Assembly: GCA_023244935.1 (NCBI GenBank)
Contig: JAHFLJ010000003.1
Location: 1-42,058, forward strand
Length of the DNA: 42,058 nucleotides
Reading direction: 5' to 3'
Source of the DNA: Candidatus Liptonbacteria bacterium
GTDB taxonomy: Bacteria > Patescibacteriota > Minisyncoccia > UBA6257 > 2-01-FULL-56-20
Shown here: positions 1 to 7,290 of the stretch, piece by piece
How positions within the stretch are numbered: the stretch's first letter is position 1
How the letters are laid out: every line of letters begins with the position of its first letter
Position numbers and translations under genes: made by a program
The notes under the pieces: model-generated
Told to the model about the DNA's origin: nothing
What the model saw: only the letters and a program-made list of their open reading frames with translations
The model's database searches: none

Positions 1-1
1 G

Positions 2-169
2 TATCTCAAAGGCGTCGGCTGGGTTAGCTGGCGCTGGCAAGAACACGAAGACGGCGACCTTCAGAAGCCGTTCGGCACAGAAAAATTGATGAACCTCGAT
101 ACGATTGTTTGGGAGATGCCCGGAGAGTTCATCCGCAACGTTGAGCTCTGCGAGCCAATCATCAGGTAG
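2..169 (+). CDS. Possible 3' end of a CDS truncated by the window edge (hypothetical protein); alternatively the 3' end of a structured RNA
   Basis: Frame starting at position 2 is open to TAG at 167-169 (YLKGVGWVSWRWQEHEDGDLQKPFGTEKLMNLDTIVWEMPGEFIRNVELCEPIIR*), followed immediately by a terminator. The segment is GC-rich and also forms hairpins. Confidence 0.4.
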   Translation, partial: YLKGVGWVSWRWQEHEDGDLQKPFGTEKLMNLDTIVWEMPGEFIRNVELCEPIIR

Positions 170-176
170 TTACTAT

Positions 177-204
177 CCGGACAGCGATGCTGTCCGGTTT
201 TTTT
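177..204 (+). terminator. Rho-independent terminator
   Basis: CCGGACAGC-gat-GCTGTCCGG (9 bp) followed by T7. Confidence 0.85.
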
Positions 205-247
205 ATACTTGTTTTGTCTTTATAGACAAAAATACTATAATTGAAAG

Positions 248-718
248 ATGGTTATATACATCGGAGCGGATCACCAAGGATTTAATTTAAAAGAAGCGAT
301 AAAGCCATTTTTAATGGATCAACTTTATGAAACGGAAGACGTTACTCCTGTATTTAAAGACGGAGATGACTATCCGGACGTCGCATCCGCAGTTGCCAAA
401 AAAGTTAGATATAACCTCGACAATAGCCGAGGAATCATAATCTGCGGTTCCGGCACCGGCGTAGATATTGTCGCGAATAAGTTCGATAAAATCCGTTGTG
501 CATTAGGATTTTCTCCGGATCAGATTTTTGATGCTAGGAATGACGACAACGTAAACGTCTTGGCATTACCGGCGAGTTTCGTCGATACTGAGGCAGCAAA
601 AAAAATAGTTGAAGTATTTTTGCAAACAAAATTTGCCGATCACGAAGATCGATTCAAAAGAAGAATCTCAAAAATTTTAGAAATAGAAAGAAACCGGGAA
701 GGAGTGGGGGATAACTAA
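248..718 (+). CDS. rpiB: Ribose-5-phosphate isomerase B (RpiB/LacA/LacB family)
   Basis: IGADHQG, DDYPD, GIIICGSGTGV, ANK..KIRCA and ARN.DNVNVL motifs. Confidence 0.93.
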   Translation: MVIYIGADHQGFNLKEAIKPFLMDQLYETEDVTPVFKDGDDYPDVASAVAKKVRYNLDNSRGIIICGSGTGVDIVANKFDKIRCALGFSPDQIFDARNDDNVNVLALPASFVDTEAAKKIVEVFLQTKFADHEDRFKRRISKILEIERNREGVGDN

Positions 719-731
719 ACGCGCAGCGCGC

Positions 732-832
732 GACCTATAACAGATTGCTGATGACTAATCACGAAACCAAGAAAATTCGGTTTCTTTTTGGATCTTGTTA
801 TGAGTTATTTGTCAGCGGTTATAGGTCTTTTT
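732..832. repeat. Heptad-periodic inverted repeat element (long imperfect hairpin, T-tract at 3' end; probably also terminates rpiB)
   Basis: Left arm ACCTATA ACAGATT GCTGATG ACTAATC; right arm TATGAGT TATTTGT CAGCGGT TATAGGT; outer GACCTATAAC/GTTATAGGTC pair perfectly. Confidence 0.75.
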
Positions 833-838
833 CAGGAG

Positions 839-866
839 TTGACAGATTGGTTATACATGGTATAAT
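839..866 (+). promoter_or_regulatory. Sigma70-type promoter for non-coding unit 1
   Basis: TTGACA (839-844), 16-nt spacer, TG-n extended -10, TATAAT (861-866). Confidence 0.85.
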
Positions 867-872
867 ATCCTC

Positions 873-1810
873 ACTTTCGCTTAAGGAGGTAACTCATAGC
901 GAAGTAGAATTTTGAAAAGAAGGGAAAAGTCAGTCTATCAGGCCACGACCCACTCGAAGTACTAATCGTGCCAGAGGAGGGGCTATGCCCGAGATAACTG
1001 GGGCTGTCAGGTAGGCCGCAATTACCTGGGAGGTCGGCTGAGGTCATCGACGACCTAAGACCTCGAAGAAACGTTGCAGCTTCAGCAGCTGTGACACAAC
1101 CAAAAATTCGACGCGTGTCACCCCGGAAAAAACGGAGGGATAATGACTCGAATGACTGGGGCCAGCTAGGAGGGCCAAAATACTCCTGGCCGAACCGGGT
1201 AGGGAAGTTTACTTCCACAATGGTTCGAACCTGCTTGACGCTGGGCTGGCTAGTCCTCGGACAAAGTCAGTGCCAGGAAAAACTCGCCGAGTGAAAGGTA
1301 AGCGTGAGAAAATTCGGTTAGGTTCGCCGCTGGTAGCGACGGCGTAAAACATTCGGTACATCATCCGCGAACTCGAACTCAGCCAGGGTGACTGAAGTCT
1401 CCGCTCGCGGCGGGGCCGCCGACATGCCCTCCCCGAGGGAGTCGTCACGCTGGTTCCGGTGGGTGCAGCTCTCCATCTAGATGCAAAAGCTGCAAGGATA
1501 GCACTTTGAAGAAACGTTCGGCGCTGGTACCGACGCCATTAGCAGCCTAGCCGGCTGTTCGGTACACCACATACCAGGGGCCCTCTCCTCGTCGACCGGC
1601 GAGGAGGTCAGAGCGATGCCCCCCAGACCAGCCCAAAGCTGGCCTTAACGCGAGCAACAGGAGTTTGAAACCATGAGGTTTGTCCCTCCGCGACGTATCC
1701 CTTTCTTCTGGAAAGGCGAATGGTCCCGAGAGACACCCTTGGTGGATATTCCACGGCCTTAAGAGGCTAAAGCTCGCAACCGCCCCGGCCCCCAGAAATG
1801 GGGGCTTTTT
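873..1810 (+). ncRNA. Putative large structured non-coding RNA, unit 1 (~940 nt, family unassigned)
   Basis: Bounded by consensus promoter and terminator; no convincing long ORF; GC-richer than flanks; dense hairpins, e.g. GAG-GTAA-CTC 886-895, CAGGTA/TACCTG 1008-1028, GTGACAC/GTGTCAC 1091-1121, GCTAGGAG/CTCCTGGC 1165-1190, TGCAGC/GCTGCA 1464-1494, CTCCTCGTC/GGCGAGGAG 1585-1606, CCTTTC/GAAAGG 1700-1716. Confidence 0.65.
1787..1810 (+). terminator. Rho-independent terminator of unit 1
   Basis: GCCCCCA-GAAA-TGGGGGC followed by TTTTT. Confidence 0.88.
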
Positions 1811-1817
1811 ACTACTA

Positions 1818-1845
1818 TTGACAAATAAAATGTATGTGCTATAAT
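1818..1845 (+). promoter_or_regulatory. Sigma70-type promoter for non-coding unit 2
   Basis: TTGACA (1818-1823), 16-nt spacer, TG-n extended -10, TATAAT (1840-1845); starts 7 nt after the unit 1 terminator. Confidence 0.85.
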
Positions 1846-1851
1846 ACTAAT

Positions 1852-2440
1852 ATCCTCAAAGAAAGGGGTGATGCCCACAAAGCATAAGCACTTTAAAAGG
1901 TAGATAAAGCAACCAGTCAAAGTCCGCAAGCTCCGGCTCAATCGAACGGCTCCATCCTCAATTAGGGATTGGACGCCGAGAGTCGGATGATCGTAGCGCC
2001 TTCCAAACGAAACGGAGGGCACGGGGTCAAGCCCGAGAAGAGCTCGAAACTCTACTTGGGAAGTCCTTCGCAAGTAGCGGGGGCAAGGCGTGGTAATGAC
2101 TCGATTGACTGAGGCCGTCAAGCAGGCCTAATTGCTTGAGAGGTTGACTGGAGTCGCATACATTTGGTTCATGAACCGGTCGCGACTCTAACCTTAAAGA
2201 TTTGCCTTGCGGGTCAGTCCCTGCATGCGCACAACCCTTCCACCGGCTGGTGTGGCGGAAACGCCTAAGTCAGCTGGAATCGAGGACCCCAACAGTTCGA
2301 CCAGGGGCAAATGGTTGAACAGAAGGAAAGCATGACGCTTTCATCTTCGCCGCTCGCGCCGACGGTATAAAATATCGGTGCTTCAGACGCAAGCATGTGT
2401 ACATGCCGTTTACCCCCTACGTCAATGGGGGTATTCTTTT
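1852..2440 (+). ncRNA. Putative large structured non-coding RNA, unit 2 (~590 nt, family unassigned)
   Basis: Promoter- and terminator-bounded; no + strand ORF of 60 aa or more in the track; hairpins GCCTTCC/GGAGGGC 1998-2020, ACTTG.GAAG/CTTC.CAAGT 2054-2075, TCAAGCA/TGCTTGA 2118-2139, nested AGGTT..GAGTCGC..GGTTC/GAACC..GCGACTC.AACCT 2141-2194, GGCG-GAAA-CGCC 2254-2265, GAAAGC/GCTTTC 2326-2342, GCGCCGA/TCGGTGC 2356-2381. Confidence 0.65.
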
Positions 2441-2467
2441 ATTCATTCGCCAAGCAGGCGTTTTTTT
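2411..2467 (+). terminator. Tandem intrinsic terminators of unit 2
   Basis: TACCCCC/GGGGGTA + TTCTTTT (2411-2440), then CGCC-aagca-GGCG + T7 (2448-2467). Confidence 0.75.
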
Positions 2468-2511
2468 ATTTCCACAAGTAGTATTTATATTTACCGTGGT
2501 AAACTAAATGC

Positions 2512-3150
2512 ATGGAGGTAATTCCGGCAATCAATTGTCATTTAAATGATACCGAGTGCGTAGAAGCAAAAGTTAAAACTGCCGAAATTTTGGACGGCTG
2601 GGTTCATTTAGATATCGCCGATGGAAGATTCACATACAATAAAACATGGAATTCACCGGAGGAGTGGCGAAGGTTCGGTAAAAATCTGAACTTGGAAGTT
2701 CACTTAATGGTCGAAGAGCCACTTGAGGCGGCACGCGAATGGTTGCTGGTTGGCGCAAAGAGGATAATAGTTCACCTGGAAGTTTTAGATTTAGATTTAG
2801 CCGACAGAATTATTGCCTTGGTCAAGCAATACAAAGCTGAGCCGATTTTGGCGTTTAATCCGGAAACTAGAGTCGATTCTAATCCGGATATCGAGTCGCG
2901 ATTTTTATCGTTTTTAGTGTTATGTGTCCATCCTGGCCTTGCCGGACAAAATTTTTTACCGCTCAATCTCGAAAAAATCTCCGCGCTAAAGAAAATGTAT
3001 CCGCAAGCAACTATAGAGGTCGACGGGGGAGTGAATAAAGATACAGGAGCATTGGCTAAAAAAGCCGGCGCAAATATTCTCATCGCCGCCTCCTATATCT
3101 TTGAAAGTAGTAATCTGCAGGGTGCGTATCAAGAGCTAGTCTCACTTTAG
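2512..3150 (+). CDS. rpe: Ribulose-phosphate 3-epimerase
   Basis: HLDIADG, EVHLMV, V.PGLAGQ.F and EVDGGVN motifs. Confidence 0.93.
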   Translation: MEVIPAINCHLNDTECVEAKVKTAEILDGWVHLDIADGRFTYNKTWNSPEEWRRFGKNLNLEVHLMVEEPLEAAREWLLVGAKRIIVHLEVLDLDLADRIIALVKQYKAEPILAFNPETRVDSNPDIESRFLSFLVLCVHPGLAGQNFLPLNLEKISALKKMYPQATIEVDGGVNKDTGALAKKAGANILIAASYIFESSNLQGAYQELVSL

Positions 3151-3266
3151 TCAGCAACCTCATTTTTAAACTAGCCTTGTCTGACATACAGTATTTTTTA
3201 TTGTTTTATGGTATAATAATATCAATAATAATAACCCCCAGTCCGGGTGAAAATATAAGGTTAAAT

Positions 3267-4904
3267 ATGTCGTTTATAAAAAAAGTTTTAGGCGTGTTCT
3301 TTGTTGGAATGCTTTTAGTCGGCGGTGTCGCAAAAGCGGATAGTATGGCCGATTTGCAAGCGCAGATTACCTCACTTATGGCTCAAATAAAGGTTTTGCA
3401 GGCAAGAATAGGTGAACAGGGTGGTGGGAGTGTATCTTGGTGTCATAATTTTAATACAAACATAAGGGCGGGAGATCAGAGTTCTGAGGTTTCTGAATTG
3501 GTCAGAGCGCTTGTTAAAGAAAATTTTTTGAATCAAAACGAAATGTTTCAGGATGGGCGAAGCGAACTAAATTTCGATGAGCAGATTGCTTCGGCCGTAA
3601 CCGGTTTTCAACAGAAATACGCTAGCGAAATATTAACTCCAATCGGACTTAAATACGGAACCGGTTTTGTAGGCGTCGGAACCAGAGCAAAACTTAATAA
3701 GCTTTATGGCTGCGCCAATGTGATGCCTCCAATCGCATGTACCATGGATGCAAAACAATGCTCGGACGGAACTTACGTCAGCCGCACCGGACCAAGGTGC
3801 GAATTCGCAAGCTGTCCAATATATAAATCTTTAACCGTTGTTTCGCCGAATGGCGGAGAGACTTGGGTTAAGGGAACAACGCAGACAATCAAGTGGCAAG
3901 ATATCTCAATCGTTCCACAGTGCCCAGCCGGAGCTGATTGCGTGAGCCCTGCTCCGAAGTCATATGACATAAAGTTAGTCGCATATGCCACTCCGTGTAC
4001 CGGAAATATTTGCCCTATGTCTTTAACTCGTTTGCCATATACAATTGCGAAAAATGTTTCTGGCAGTTCTTATAATTGGGAAGCGGGTAGGATTTGGGAT
4101 GACAGCCAATACGCGCCAGCCGGAGCATATTTAGTGCAAGTTTGTATCGCCGGTTCAGATGTCTGCGACTCAAGCGATTCATATTTCAAGATTACTTCTA
4201 TTTCGAATATAGGATTGCCAATCGTTTCCGGAGTTTCCGGTCCGACAACATTGGCAGTCGGTCAGCAGGGAACTTGGACGGTTAGCGCCTCAGATCCTAA
4301 TAATGGAAATCTATATTATTCTGTCGTGTGGGGTGATGAATCAAGCGTGCCATGCGCTTCCGGAGGTGCCTGCGCAACCGCAAGCGCTCAATATCAACAA
4401 ACCGCAACATTCACGCATACCTATAGCAATGACGGTTACTATTTACCAAAGTTTATGGTAATGAATACAAGCGGTGAGAGTGTCGCTACAACTTTAAGTG
4501 TCAGAGTGGGATCCACATCTACATCTATTCCGACACCATTAGATACAATTCAGGTAACCTATCCTCAGGCAACGATAGAATTGCTCAGAGGGTCGATGGT
4601 AAATCTTTCTTGGACGCAAAGTAATGCTTCGAGGAATGTTGACTTGAAGCTTACCTCCGCCGGTGGTATGACTAATTTTGCCTCGTATAATATTGCTTCC
4701 GGGATAGCTCCGAAAACAATTAAAGATCAGACATATTCTTGGACTGTTGGGAATATAGTCTCAGCGGCTGTTAGCACAGCCTCAATACCGGACGGCGAAT
4801 ATTATTTCAAAGTTTGTTACTCCGGTACGGATGTTTGCGAATCCGGTAAATATACTCTTAAGATAATCCCTCTTAGGACCATACTTCCTCCCATACAGCA
4901 GTAA
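3267..4904 (+). CDS. Secreted multidomain surface protein (signal peptide, coiled coil, peptidoglycan-binding-like domain, Cys-rich module, Ig/PKD-like domains)
   Basis: Start moved to ATG 3267 (MSFIKKVLGVFFVGMLLVGGVAKA signal peptide); AVTGFQQKY...GTGFVGVGTRAKLN PG-binding-like motif; CTMDAKQCSDGTYVSRTGPRCEFASCP; LTVVSPNGGETW; YSVVWGDE...FTHTYSNDGYY PKD-like. Confidence 0.75.
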   Translation: MSFIKKVLGVFFVGMLLVGGVAKADSMADLQAQITSLMAQIKVLQARIGEQGGGSVSWCHNFNTNIRAGDQSSEVSELVRALVKENFLNQNEMFQDGRSELNFDEQIASAVTGFQQKYASEILTPIGLKYGTGFVGVGTRAKLNKLYGCANVMPPIACTMDAKQCSDGTYVSRTGPRCEFASCPIYKSLTVVSPNGGETWVKGTTQTIKWQDISIVPQCPAGADCVSPAPKSYDIKLVAYATPCTGNICPMSLTRLPYTIAKNVSGSSYNWEAGRIWDDSQYAPAGAYLVQVCIAGSDVCDSSDSYFKITSISNIGLPIVSGVSGPTTLAVGQQGTWTVSASDPNNGNLYYSVVWGDESSVPCASGGACATASAQYQQTATFTHTYSNDGYYLPKFMVMNTSGESVATTLSVRVGSTSTSIPTPLDTIQVTYPQATIELLRGSMVNLSWTQSNASRNVDLKLTSAGGMTNFASYNIASGIAPKTIKDQTYSWTVGNIVSAAVSTASIPDGEYYFKVCYSGTDVCESGKYTLKIIPLRTILPPIQQ

Positions 4905-4985
4905 TAAATAATTCAGCTTAAACCGCCAGCCTGCTGGAATCATCGATAAATACAATATTCGGGAATATTCTATAGACCATATTTT

Positions 4986-5026
4986 AAGACAGACTATTCG
5001 CTGGCAGGCGAATAGTCTGTCTTTTT
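4986..5026 (+). terminator. Rho-independent terminator
   Basis: AAGACAGACTATTCGC-tggcag-GCGAATAGTCTGTCTT followed by T-tract. Confidence 0.8.
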
Positions 5027-5063
5027 ATGCAATAATTTATAAAATATGGTATAATAACTCGAG

Positions 5064-5924
5064 ATGGATTCTTTACACGATTATAAAATTAAACTCCTAG
5101 AAGAGAAGGCGATTAAAATCCGCGAGGATATTATTAAGATGCTTGTCTCTGCCGGTTCCGGTCACAGCGCCGGTCCACTTGGGATGGCGGATGTTTTTAC
5201 GGCTTTATATTTTCACGCTTTAAATCACGATCCGAAGAAACCAAATTGGCCAGAGCGCGACCGAGTTGTTCTTTCCTGTGGCCATATTGCGCCGGTTCTT
5301 TACGCCACGCTTGCGCATGCCGGTTATTTCCCGGTATCCGAACTTAAAACTTTAAGAAAATTCGGCTCACGTCTTCAAGGACATCCACATCGCGGATCAC
5401 TTCCGGGAGTGGAAACAACTTCAGGGCCCCTAGGCTCCGGTCTTTCGCAGGCTATTGGTATGGGGCTAGCCGCAAAGCTGAATCACGAACGACATAAAAT
5501 TTATTGCGTGATGTCCGATGGGGAACAGCAGGAGGGCAACATCTGGGAGGCAGTAATGTTCGCCGGCAAGCACAAACTTCATAATGTGATTGCAATAATG
5601 GATAGAAACAATATCCAGATAGACGGACTCACTGAAAACGTCATGCCACTTGAACCGATTGCCAAGAAATATGAATCTTTCAACTGGAATGTCTTGCAAG
5701 TTGACGGGCATAACTTTGAACAAATAATTTTTGCGATTGCCGAAGCGCGCGCGATTGTTGAAAAACCGACCATGATTATCTGCCACACAATTCCGGGAAA
5801 GGGCGTCAGTTTTATGGAGGGAGATTTTCTTTGGCACGGCAAACCACCAAAGCCGGAGGAGGCGAAAATAGCATTAAATGAGCTTAGAACTCTCGAGGGC
5901 AAAATTAAAAGCGAACACGACTAA
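5064..5924 (+). CDS. tkt: Transketolase, N-terminal (TPP-binding) subunit
   Basis: SGHSAG, RDRVVLSCGH, LQGHP, SDGEQQEG..WEA...DRN TPP motif. Confidence 0.93.
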   Translation: MDSLHDYKIKLLEEKAIKIREDIIKMLVSAGSGHSAGPLGMADVFTALYFHALNHDPKKPNWPERDRVVLSCGHIAPVLYATLAHAGYFPVSELKTLRKFGSRLQGHPHRGSLPGVETTSGPLGSGLSQAIGMGLAAKLNHERHKIYCVMSDGEQQEGNIWEAVMFAGKHKLHNVIAIMDRNNIQIDGLTENVMPLEPIAKKYESFNWNVLQVDGHNFEQIIFAIAEARAIVEKPTMIICHTIPGKGVSFMEGDFLWHGKPPKPEEAKIALNELRTLEGKIKSEHD

Positions 5925-5938
5925 AAATTAAATTTAAA

Positions 5939-6301
5939 ATGGATGAAATAAAAACAATCAGCTCCGAGTTTCCCCCCAACACAAATTTTGGGTTTTTGTC
6001 GTTCGCTTTTAGTTTTAGTGGTCTCGTGATATATATTGCAAATTTTGTTAGGTTTGCCATGTATTGGGACGGCGGGGCTCCTCACTGGCTAATCTTTTCA
6101 ATGGTTTATATTTCTCCGATAATTTTAGTGCTATTTGCATTGCTAGCTTTTGTTTTTGGGCGTAAAAGTTTGAAGACGGAAGTCGGTTGGGCTAAGCGAT
6201 TTGGAATAGGAGGTATTTGTTTTGCAATAATCGCCATTCTTGTATCTATATTTCCAATATATAAGTCAATCATGTTCATAGCGAGCAACCAGAAACTATA
6301 A
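5939..6301 (+). CDS. Small membrane protein (about 3 TM helices)
   Basis: Three hydrophobic stretches; tightly packed between the two transketolase subunits. Confidence 0.7.
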   Translation: MDEIKTISSEFPPNTNFGFLSFAFSFSGLVIYIANFVRFAMYWDGGAPHWLIFSMVYISPIILVLFALLAFVFGRKSLKTEVGWAKRFGIGGICFAIIAILVSIFPIYKSIMFIASNQKL

Positions 6302-6302
6302 A

Positions 6303-7289
6303 ATGCTAAAAAAAGAAACCAACTTAAATAGTAAGATATTCGATGAAGATGTTCTCCAAAAACCAACCCGGGACGGTTACGGAGACGGAATAATTTTGGC
6401 CGGCGAAGAGGATAAAAACGTAGTTGTTTTAACCGCGGACCTTTCCGACTCCACTCGCACCGCGGAATTTGCGAAGAAGTTTCCGGATAGGTTTTTTGAA
6501 GTTGGCATTGCCGAACAAAATATGGCGACCATTGCTTCCGGTTTGGGTATCTCCGGAAAAATTCCGTTTATTTCTTCCTATGCTACGTTTTCTCCAGGCA
6601 GAAACTGGGAACAAATTCGAACAACTATTTCGTATAACGATTCTAATGTTAAAATCGCCGGGCATCACGCCGGAATTTCCGTCGGTCCGGACGGCGCGAC
6701 TCATCAGGCGATAGAGGACATTGCGACTATGCGCGTAATGGCGAATATGAAAGTTATCGTGCCGTGCGATTCCATTGAGGCGCGCAAAGCGACCGTCGCT
6801 TCCGCCAAAATTTGGGGGCCGGTGTATTTGCGATTCGCTCGTGAAAAGACTCCGATAATGACCACTGAGGATACCCCGTTCATTCCGGGTAAGGCCGAAG
6901 TATTTTGGGAATCCAAAAAACCGGAAGTTTTAATAATCGGCGCCGGTCCGATACTTCACAACGCGCTTCTTGCCGCTAAGATTTTAGAAAAAGAAAAAAT
7001 AGGAGTAATGGTTTTGAATTGTCACACGATTAAACCGTTGGATAAAAAAATCGCTCAACTTGCGGATAAAATCGGCGCAGTTGTAACCGTGGAAGAGCAT
7101 CAGGTATTAGGTGGTTTGGGTGGCGCGGTCGCCGAGCTTTTGGCAAAAACCAATCCGGTTCCGATGGAATTTATCGGCATGCAAGACACTTTCGGAGAAT
7201 CCGGTGAACCGGCTGAGCTCATTAAAAAGTATAAAATGGCTCCGGTAGATATTGTTTCCGCGGTTAAGCGCGCCCTTAAACGAAAATAA
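6303..7289 (+). CDS. tkt: Transketolase, C-terminal subunit
   Basis: ADLSDST, EVGIAEQNM, GPDGATHQAIED, VTVEEHQ..GGLG motifs. Confidence 0.93.
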   Translation: MLKKETNLNSKIFDEDVLQKPTRDGYGDGIILAGEEDKNVVVLTADLSDSTRTAEFAKKFPDRFFEVGIAEQNMATIASGLGISGKIPFISSYATFSPGRNWEQIRTTISYNDSNVKIAGHHAGISVGPDGATHQAIEDIATMRVMANMKVIVPCDSIEARKATVASAKIWGPVYLRFAREKTPIMTTEDTPFIPGKAEVFWESKKPEVLIIGAGPILHNALLAAKILEKEKIGVMVLNCHTIKPLDKKIAQLADKIGAVVTVEEHQVLGGLGGAVAELLAKTNPVPMEFIGMQDTFGESGEPAELIKKYKMAPVDIVSAVKRALKRK

Positions 7290-7290
7290 A

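Noticed and set aside
105-290. 61-aa ORF
   Set aside because: Runs through a terminator and the rpiB promoter and overlaps rpiB out of frame.
737-801. Hammerhead ribozyme-like core CTGATGA-ctaatcac-GAAAC followed by a stem and ATC
   Set aside because: Stem II cannot form (C opposite C), stem I is not contiguous with the core and the pair next to the cleavage triplet is mismatched. The words are explained by the heptad repeat (GCTGATG ACTAATC ACGAAAC). A cmsearch would settle it.
896-1762. A single long gene read through recoded or edited stops (ATA start after the SD, several in-frame TAG)
   Set aside because: That frame contains TAG, TAA and TGA stops at roughly random frequency, and neighbouring genes use all three as true stops. 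No support for recoding or editing.
871-2121. ORF-track calls 871-1218(-), 1091-1294(+), 1209-1448(-), 1759-2121(-)
   Set aside because: Short, overlapping, Ser/Arg/Pro-biased, mostly antisense to the promoter-terminator polarity, and one crosses a terminator and promoter. Probably chance ORFs in GC-rich sequence.
1852-2440. RNase P RNA (AAAGTCC at 1919, GGGGCAAG at 2081, AACAGAA at 2318)
   Set aside because: Lacks GAGGAAAGTCC and the 3' CGGCTTA needed for the P4 pseudoknot, and no 5'/3' P1 helix is evident.
873-2440. tmRNA, group I/II intron, CRISPR array, or DGR/retron RNA
   Set aside because: No tRNA-like GGGG...TTCGA...CCA ends, no group II domain V, no group I P7 motifs or interrupted exon, no regularly spaced identical repeats, and no reverse transcriptase or A-specific TR/VR pair in the window.
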